A DNA stretch of 64,000 bases from the NCBI GenBank assembly GCA_964607835.1, contig CAZSLL010000003.1, forward strand, positions 3,826 to 67,825, in the 5' to 3' direction. This DNA is from an uncultured archaeon (GTDB taxonomy: Archaea; Aenigmatarchaeota; Aenigmatarchaeia; QMZP01). Shown one piece after another: positions 57,528 through 64,000 of the stretch; positions within the stretch are counted from its first letter, which is position 1, and the number at the start of each line of letters is the position of its first letter. Position numbers and translations under genes: made by a program. The notes beneath the pieces were generated by a model, which had not been told where the DNA came from, ran no database searches, and saw nothing but the letters and a program-made list of their open reading frames with translations.

Positions 57528-57992
57528 CTATCCGCTCACAGTGCCTGTCAGTGTCCCGGTTTCGGTGTGGTTGAGACCCCCGCCCGCGTTGTAGAAAATC
57601 TCCACGTTGACTGAGTATGTTGTTCCTGCTGTCTTGCTTCCCAGGTTGAGCCCGCTCGCTGATGCAGGGTACTGGTACTCCTCGCCCGGGGCCATGCTGA
57701 ACGAGGTCTCGTTGGTGTCAGTGGCCGTTCCCATTGAAGCGGTCACGCTGTACACTGTTATGGGGTCAGCCAGCCTGTTGTTGAGTATTATGCTAAGGTC
57801 CCCGCTGCTCGTGAGGTCCCAGTCAGTGGGCGTTCCCAGGGTGGTGAACCCGGTGGGTATCCTTCCGGTGTACGTGGCTGGATTGAATATCCCCAGAGAA
57901 TATAGCGCAGCAGCCACGATGATGACTATGAGTATGGCCCAGCCGTACGTCATCAGGTACTCCATCGCAGACTGCGCTTTTTTCCTTGTCAT
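57528..57992 (-). CDS. Type IV pilin (class III signal peptide), paralog of 26787
   Basis: RKKA|QSAMEYLMTYGWAILIVIIV. Confidence 0.9.
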   Translation of the reverse strand: MTRKKAQSAMEYLMTYGWAILIVIIVAAALYSLGIFNPATYTGRIPTGFTTLGTPTDWDLTSSGDLSIILNNRLADPITVYSVTASMGTATDTNETSFSMAPGEEYQYPASASGLNLGSKTAGTTYSVNVEIFYNAGGGLNHTETGTLTGTVSG

Positions 57993-58033
57993 TGTTTAAT
58001 AATTGTCCATTCCCTTTAATATTGTTTTCATGC

Positions 58034-58987
58034 TCAGGAGGGTATGAGCGAGCCGAACATTATCTGTATGAGCAGGCCTGAGAGGAAGAAAGCAGCCAGT
58101 GCCGCCCCCATCATGATGGGGATGTACTTGATGCCTGCCTTCTCCTTGCCAGAGTCAATTATGCCTATTATCATGCCCCCGAACACAGTTGTTATGATTA
58201 TTGCTGCCAGAGAGAACATGAACAGGAAGCCCGGGTCCACGGATATCTCACCGAACCTCATCATGGGTATCCTGCTCTGGAACTCTGAGGGTACCTCTGC
58301 CACCATGCCCAGTTCGCCAATGGTGGTCACCAGGTAAGAGGAGAGAGCGTACAGCACAGGGGCGCCGGCGCACCCCGCGAATCCTATGAATATGCCGTAC
58401 ATGAGTATGTTGGCCTTGACCTCCTTCTTGATGGCCTGCCTTCTCCTTATGTCCAGGGCGGTCTCCTCGAAGAGGGCCACGAGCTGGCCCCCTGATTTGA
58501 TGCCCTTTATGACCAGGGATATGGTCCTGTCCAGGGTGTCGGATTTTATGGTCTTGGGGACCTCGGTGAGGCTCTCCTGCAGGCTCCTCCCGGTCATCAT
58601 CTCCTTTCCTGCCCTCTTGATGGAGTCTGAGAGCGGGCCGAACTCCTTCCTGGCAGAGAGAATCATGGCCCTGCTGGGAATGAACCCTGACTTTATGTTG
58701 GCTGCCATGAGCTGGAGTGCGTCAGGGAGTATGTTCTCCACGAATTTGCTCCTCTTCTCCACCGCCAGTATGAGGAATCCGTGGAGGAGAGCGAACATTG
58801 CACCGAAGCCTCCAGCAAAGGCCAGAAGAATGGAGCCAGGGAACACGGCAGCTGCCAGCGCCCCTGCGCCCAGCCCGATGACCATGGCCCTGAGGAAGAA
58901 CCGCGCAGGGGTCTTCCTGCTCCCTGAGTACATGAGAAGGCTCTCGACCCTCCTTGAGTATGGCCTTGGCAGGAGCCGGTCTATCAT
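58034..58987 (-). CDS. Type IV pilus platform protein (T2SSF/TadC-like)
   Basis: LPDALQLMAANIKSG, EFGPLS, SGG.L, C-terminal TMs; adjacent to a pilin. Confidence 0.88.
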   Translation of the reverse strand: MIDRLLPRPYSRRVESLLMYSGSRKTPARFFLRAMVIGLGAGALAAAVFPGSILLAFAGGFGAMFALLHGFLILAVEKRSKFVENILPDALQLMAANIKSGFIPSRAMILSARKEFGPLSDSIKRAGKEMMTGRSLQESLTEVPKTIKSDTLDRTISLVIKGIKSGGQLVALFEETALDIRRRQAIKKEVKANILMYGIFIGFAGCAGAPVLYALSSYLVTTIGELGMVAEVPSEFQSRIPMMRFGEISVDPGFLFMFSLAAIIITTVFGGMIIGIIDSGKEKAGIKYIPIMMGAALAAFFLSGLLIQIMFGSLIPS

Positions 58988-59136
58988 GTATAATATATTC
59001 TCCCTTCCGGAATAATAAGCTTGCCTCCTTCCGGGGGTTAGTGCCCCTTTTTATATTTTCCTGGACAAATATTCTACAGATACGTGCTGGCTTGCATTAA
59101 TTATGGCAAGCCATGCCCGTAACAGTCTATAAGGTG

Positions 59137-59448
59137 ATGTTTATGCAGTGCCCAAAGTGCAGCGGAGGTACATTCCTTTCTGACGAGGAGCTGGTCAAGG
59201 TAATGGAAGGGCCTGAGCCCCACAGGATTCTCATAAAGGCCATGCACACATGCATGTCCTGCCAGGAGAGGTTCTCCAGGCTGGTGTGGGACGAGCTCGG
59301 CCCGCACAGGAGGCACGCTCCCCAGGGCCAGGCGCCCTACCAGCAGCCCCAGCAGCCATCGCAGCCTAACCCCTACCAGCAGTACCAGCAGCCCCAGCAG
59401 CAGCAGAGGCAGGAAGAGCCTGTGGTGGACGGGCTCAAGTTCTTCTAG
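59137..59448 (+). CDS. Zn-ribbon protein with Gln/Pro-rich tail
   Basis: CPKC...CMSC; C-terminal LKFF. Confidence 0.6.
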   Translation: MFMQCPKCSGGTFLSDEELVKVMEGPEPHRILIKAMHTCMSCQERFSRLVWDELGPHRRHAPQGQAPYQQPQQPSQPNPYQQYQQPQQQQRQEEPVVDGLKFF

Positions 59449-59683
59449 GGCCTTTCTTTACGGACGCTTTTGCATGTCCCAATATCGTGCCTCGCCAATA
59501 TCAGAGTGGCGCGAGACACCTCGCATCACTTTGCATTGGTGAGATGCGAAACCCTCGGGAAAGGAACATGCACGACTGGCAAACCATTTCAGGATGCCTG
59601 GTTCTAAGTCTATACATTGCAGTGTATAAACTTGAGCATCATAACCGAAAGATTTATAAATGGTAAGATACATAGTCCTCATT

Positions 59684-60184
59684 ATGTCAGAATCCTTCCT
59701 CCAGAGGTATGAGAAGGCAGTCAGGGTGGAAGAGGTCTACGAGCTGGTCAAGGAGGCTGTCAGGGAGAGCCTCTCAAGGGAGAGGGCAGGGCTCATGCTC
59801 GGCCTCTCTGACCTGGGCATATCCGCCCAGGGCTTCATGGGCGGCTACCACCAGATGGGCTCCAACGCCATTATCCTGAACAGCTCTGTGCTGAAGAGGA
59901 TATCGAACGCCAGCCCGGAGAGCCTCAAGCCCTATGCCTTTTCTGTCCTGCTGCACGAGTACCTGCACGCCCTGGGGGTGCTTGATGAGGCCAGGACCAG
60001 GCTCCTCACCTACAAGATTTGCACTGACCATTTCGGGGATGAGCATGATGTCACCAGGATGTCCAGGGAATTTGGTAAGGTGGCCGCGAAGCTGGTCACC
60101 AGGCTCGGGCCTGAGGAGCCGGGCAACTATGACGTGACATTTGTGGATGGATTCGACAGCCAGGAGACCGGGTACATAGGCTAG
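59684..60184 (+). CDS. HEXXH zinc-metalloprotease-like protein
   Basis: RAGLMLGL, VLLHEYLHALG. Confidence 0.75.
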   Translation: MSESFLQRYEKAVRVEEVYELVKEAVRESLSRERAGLMLGLSDLGISAQGFMGGYHQMGSNAIILNSSVLKRISNASPESLKPYAFSVLLHEYLHALGVLDEARTRLLTYKICTDHFGDEHDVTRMSREFGKVAAKLVTRLGPEEPGNYDVTFVDGFDSQETGYIG

Positions 60185-60226
60185 CTGACTGAACCGCGTC
60201 CGGCATCATGGCAGAAGGAGAAGCTC

Positions 60227-60472
60227 ATGAGACGTGACCCCCTCGAGATAATGGAGGCCATACTGAGGATGCTCGAGAAGGAGAGGGAGGCCATGAGCAT
60301 AAACGAGATAGCCAAGAGGACCGGGCTCCACAACGTGACCGTCAGGAGATACGTGCGCATAATGAAGATGGTCAGGGAGGAGCCCATGGAGATAATCAGG
60401 ACCAGGCACAGCATAATCATAAGGGCTGAGAGGCCAAGGAGGAGGCGCGAAGAGGACGATGAAGACTGGTGA
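60227..60472 (+). CDS. Small winged-helix DNA-binding protein
   Basis: MSINEIAKRTGLHNVTVRRYV helix-turn-helix. Confidence 0.75.
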   Translation: MRRDPLEIMEAILRMLEKEREAMSINEIAKRTGLHNVTVRRYVRIMKMVREEPMEIIRTRHSIIIRAERPRRRREEDDEDW

Positions 60473-60652
60473 CACACCTGTGACACACCTTTTACAGGAG
60501 CCTCCGTTGCGCGGCCTTCACCTATAAGTCAGGGCCGTGAAGGGACAGCATCCGGATTCCTCAAAAGGCGTCCGAAAACCTGAAAGTTTCGGAAACAGGC
60601 CGGTTATAAAAAAATGCGCGCCCATAGATAAAACCCATAGGGAGTGATGTTC

Positions 60653-62944
60653 ATGCCAGACAAGAACGAGCCAATAAGCCTGAAGGTCGGGGAGCTGACC
60701 AACAGGGAGGAATTCGGAAGGGGCATAGTCAGGATAGACACCAAGACAATGTCCAAGCTGGGGTCCAAGGAGGGGGACGTTGTCCAGCTCCACGGAAAGG
60801 AGGTCACCACAGCCCTGGCCGTGAGGGCCTATCCCGCTGATGTCGGGCTCAATCTTGTCAGGATGGACGGAATCACCCGGAGGAATGCCGGGATAGGCGT
60901 GGGCGAGACCATAAAGGTCGCCAGGATAGAGCCCAAGGAGGCCAAGAGAGTGGTCCTGGCCCCTGCCCAGAAGGGAATCATGCTCCAGATGAGCCCGGAG
61001 CTCCTCAAGAAGAACCTGTTCATGCGCCCGGTGACAAAAAAGGACATCATAATGCCCTTCCCTGTGGTCAAGCAGAGGAGGCAGTCCCCGTTTGATGACT
61101 TCTTCGGCATGAACCTGGAGGACATATTCTTCACCCCTGTACCCGGCGAGACCAAGCTGGCGGTGGTTTCCACCAATCCAGAGGGCGTTGTGAGGATAAC
61201 CGACGCCACTGAGGTGGAGCTCAAGCCAGAGGCCGTGGACATAGTGGAGGATGCCAGGATACCCACCCTGACCTATGAGGACATAGGAGGGCTGCACGAG
61301 GAAATCAAGAAGATTCGCGAGATGGTGGAGCTGCCCATGAGGCATCCAGAGCTCTTTCAGAGGCTGGGTATAGACCCGCCCAAGGGCGTTCTGCTGTACG
61401 GCCCGCCGGGGTCAGGGAAGACCCTGCTGGCGAAGGCCGTGGCCAACGAATCAGGCGCCCAGTTCACAGCCATCAACGGCCCTGAGGTCATGAGCAAGTG
61501 GTACGGCCAGAGCGAGGAGAACCTCAGGAAGATATTCGAGGAGGCTGAGAAGAACGCCCCTGCCATAATATTCTTCGACGAGATAGACGCCATCGCTCCC
61601 AAGAGGGAAGAGGTCTCCGGAGAGGTGGAGAGGAGGGTGGTTTCCCAGATACTCACCCTGATGGACGGCCTGAAATCAAGGGGGAAGGTCATAGTCATAG
61701 CCGCAACCAACAGGCAGAACGCCCTGGACCCTGCCCTCAGGAGGCCCGGAAGGTTTGACAGGGAGCTCGAGATTGGGGTCCCTGACAGGAAGGGCAGGGA
61801 AGAGATACTGCAGATTCACACCAGGAACATGCCCATGGCAGACGACGTGAGCACCAAGGGGCTGGCTGACGTTACCTACGGGTTCGTGGGAGCTGACCTT
61901 GAGTCCCTCACCAAGGAGGCCGCCATGCTCTCCCTTAGAAGGAACCTCCCTGACCTCAGCTGGAAGCAGGAGGAGGAGCTCCCGAGCGACATACTTGAGA
62001 AGCTAAGGGTCACCAAGAAGGATTTCGAGGAAGCCCTCAAGGTGGTGGAGCCATCCGCCATGAGGGAAGTGCTGGTGGAGATTCCCAAGGTCACCTGGGA
62101 TGACGTGGGCGGGCTCACGGACGCCAAGCAGAGCCTCAAGGAGGCCGTGCAGTGGCCCCTTGAGAAGCCCGAGGCCTTCACCAGGCTGGGCATCAGGCCG
62201 CCAAAGGGGATCCTGCTGTACGGCCCGCCAGGCACTGGCAAGACCCTGCTCGCGAGGTCAGTGGCCACCGAGTCAGGAGCCAACTTCATTTCCATAAAGG
62301 GCCCTGAGGTGTTCAGCAAGTGGGTGGGTGAGTCAGAGAAGCGGATAAGGGAGATATTCAAAAGGGCCAAGCAGGTAGCTCCCACCATAATCTTTTTCGA
62401 TGAGATAGACGCCATCGCACCCAGGAGGGGAGGGCATGACTCAGGTTCAAGGGTAACGGAGAACGTGGTGTCCATGATTCTGACCGAGATGTCAGGCCTG
62501 GAGGACCTGCACAACGTGGTGGTCATAGCGGCCACCAACAGGCCGGACATGATTGACCCCGCCCTGCTCAGGCCGGGAAGGTTTGACCGGCAGATACTGG
62601 TTCCTGCACCAGAGGACAAGGCAAGGCTCCAGATACTCAAGATACACACCAGGAACATGCCCCTCGGCAGGGACGTCACCCTGGACAAGCTCGTCAAGGA
62701 GACCGAGGGCTTCTCAGGCGCTGACATAGAGGCCCTTGTCAGGGAGGCCGGGCTCCATGCCCTGAGGAAGGACTTCAATGCCAAGACCGTGGGCTGGTCT
62801 GGGTTCAGGGAGGCCCTGGCCACGGTTACCCCGAGCATAAACACAGAGATGGTCAAGTTCTATGAGCAGATAGCGGACAGGATGAAGACCAGGGTCAGGA
62901 AGAAGGGCGAGAAGGAAGAGGACGAGATGGTGTACGTGGGCTAG
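60653..62944 (+). CDS. cdc48: CDC48/VCP family AAA ATPase
   Basis: Two AAA modules ([16 protein letters not shown]), RPGRFD. Confidence 0.96.
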   Translation: MPDKNEPISLKVGELTNREEFGRGIVRIDTKTMSKLGSKEGDVVQLHGKEVTTALAVRAYPADVGLNLVRMDGITRRNAGIGVGETIKVARIEPKEAKRVVLAPAQKGIMLQMSPELLKKNLFMRPVTKKDIIMPFPVVKQRRQSPFDDFFGMNLEDIFFTPVPGETKLAVVSTNPEGVVRITDATEVELKPEAVDIVEDARIPTLTYEDIGGLHEEIKKIREMVELPMRHPELFQRLGIDPPKGVLLYGPPGSGKTLLAKAVANESGAQFTAINGPEVMSKWYGQSEENLRKIFEEAEKNAPAIIFFDEIDAIAPKREEVSGEVERRVVSQILTLMDGLKSRGKVIVIAATNRQNALDPALRRPGRFDRELEIGVPDRKGREEILQIHTRNMPMADDVSTKGLADVTYGFVGADLESLTKEAAMLSLRRNLPDLSWKQEEELPSDILEKLRVTKKDFEEALKVVEPSAMREVLVEIPKVTWDDVGGLTDAKQSLKEAVQWPLEKPEAFTRLGIRPPKGILLYGPPGTGKTLLARSVATESGANFISIKGPEVFSKWVGESEKRIREIFKRAKQVAPTIIFFDEIDAIAPRRGGHDSGSRVTENVVSMILTEMSGLEDLHNVVVIAATNRPDMIDPALLRPGRFDRQILVPAPEDKARLQILKIHTRNMPLGRDVTLDKLVKETEGFSGADIEALVREAGLHALRKDFNAKTVGWSGFREALATVTPSINTEMVKFYEQIADRMKTRVRKKGEKEEDEMVYVG

Positions 62945-62992
62945 GCCTCGTGGCCTTCCCAAATTTATTTCTTTCACCCTTTATTTCTTTCA

Positions 62993-63235
62993 ATGTCAGA
63001 CAAAGAGCCCTGTCCTTCAGGGTGTTATTTCAAGTCATCAGCAGGAACGGTTCATCTTGTAAACAGGGGAGGCGAATATTCCCCATTTTATATTGACAGC
63101 TATGTAAGCAGCAACCTGATGAGCCCGCCTGTCAGGTACAGGACGGTTGCGGAGTTCTTCGGGGTAAGCCATGCTGACATATCCAGGCATCCCGCCGGAA
63201 GGCTGACTGATGACAGGTTCCTCAGCTTCCTGTAG
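62993..63235 (+). CDS. Hypothetical protein
   Basis: 80-aa ORF. Confidence 0.4.
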   Translation: MSDKEPCPSGCYFKSSAGTVHLVNRGGEYSPFYIDSYVSSNLMSPPVRYRTVAEFFGVSHADISRHPAGRLTDDRFLSFL

Positions 63236-63267
63236 GATTATAAAAGCCAGCTCCTCAATTCCTAACC

Positions 63268-64000
63268 ATGGCCACCGAAACCAGGAAGCCCGCCGTGGCG
63301 GGCATGTTCTACGACTCCAGCAGGGAGGGACTTGAGGAAACGCTTGGCAACCTGTTCTCAGGGATAAAGGAGGGTCCGGTATATAACGGTGTTATATCCC
63401 CCCACGCCGGCTATCCCTACTCAGGGAGGACCGCAGCACGCGCGGTCTCCGCCCTCAGGCCCTCCAGGAGGTTCATAATCCTGGGACCCAACCACACAGG
63501 AATGGGGGGCGCATTCTCCACCATGTCCTATGGCTCCTGGGAGACCCCCCTGGGAGAGGTCCCCATAGACCATGCAATGGCCAGGGAAATCCTTGGGTGC
63601 GGCCTTCCTGAGGATGATGCCCTGGCCCACTCCAGGGAGCACTCCATAGAGGTCCAGCTCCCCTTCCTCCAGCACCGCTTCGGCTCAGGCATATCCTTCG
63701 CGCCCGTATCCATAATGGGCTTTGGCCACACCCAGGCCTTCCTGGAGCAGTGCCGGGAGCTGGGCTCCTGCCTCGCCGGAGTCGCGGAGAAGCACGACGC
63801 CAGGCTAATAGCGAGTTCTGACTTCTCCCACTACGTATCCTGGGAGGCTGCCAGGGACAAGGACGGCAGGGCCTTTGAGATGATTAAGGACCTTGACCTG
63901 GAGGGATTCTTCAGAACCCTGCACAAGACCCATGCCTCTGTGTGCGGGTACGGCCCCATAGCCGTGCTCATGGCCGCTGCGAAGAAGCTGGGCTGGGAAA
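63268..64000 (+). CDS. amrB: AmmeMemoRadiSam system protein B (MEMO1 family), 3'-truncated
   Basis: Read directly: RKPAVAGMFY, PHAGYPYSG, GPNHTG, EHSIEVQLPFLQ, SSDFSHY, CGYGP. Confidence 0.92.
   Translation, partial: MATETRKPAVAGMFYDSSREGLEETLGNLFSGIKEGPVYNGVISPHAGYPYSGRTAARAVSALRPSRRFIILGPNHTGMGGAFSTMSYGSWETPLGEVPIDHAMAREILGCGLPEDDALAHSREHSIEVQLPFLQHRFGSGISFAPVSIMGFGHTQAFLEQCRELGSCLAGVAEKHDARLIASSDFSHYVSWEAARDKDGRAFEMIKDLDLEGFFRTLHKTHASVCGYGPIAVLMAAAKKLGWE

Noticed and set aside
55271..62856. Long antisense ORFs opposite smc and cdc48 (likewise opposite mcm and herA)
   Set aside because: Expected by-product of GC-rich third codon positions; Ser/Leu-rich with no motifs.
1..64000. CRISPR array, rRNA genes, transposases, integrases or provirus
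   Set aside because: No regularly spaced repeats or recognisable motifs were seen; SLT and M23 sit in a pilin context without capsid, terminase or holin genes.

Overview
This is a gene-dense archaeal chromosomal window. Archaeal ribosomal proteins, MCM, CDC48, Pop5, SRP RNA, class III signal-peptide pilins, geranylgeranyl reductase and FtsZ point to a DPANN-type archaeon, possibly Aenigmarchaeota (inference). Most of it is housekeeping: gatA/gatB, pyrH, guaB, intein-containing MCM, rpl18e-rpl13-rps9-rps10, FeoAB, a short SMC, GAPN and CDC48. Two things stand out. (1) A translationally coupled cluster of eight pilin-like genes (1714-6411). One member carries an SLT lytic transglycosylase domain and another an M23 peptidase, so peptidoglycan hydrolases appear to be mounted on archaeal type IV pilin-like stalks. 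(2) All six tRNA genes found are split by 2-4 introns each, including a four-intron tRNA-Leu. The introns include two families of structured, covarying RNA elements shared between different tRNAs and positions. Three introns carry an antisense + D'-box/hairpin/C'-box module aimed at nucleotide 34 of their own tRNA. All calls come from reading the sequence by eye; no searches were run and intron ends may be off by 1-3 nt.
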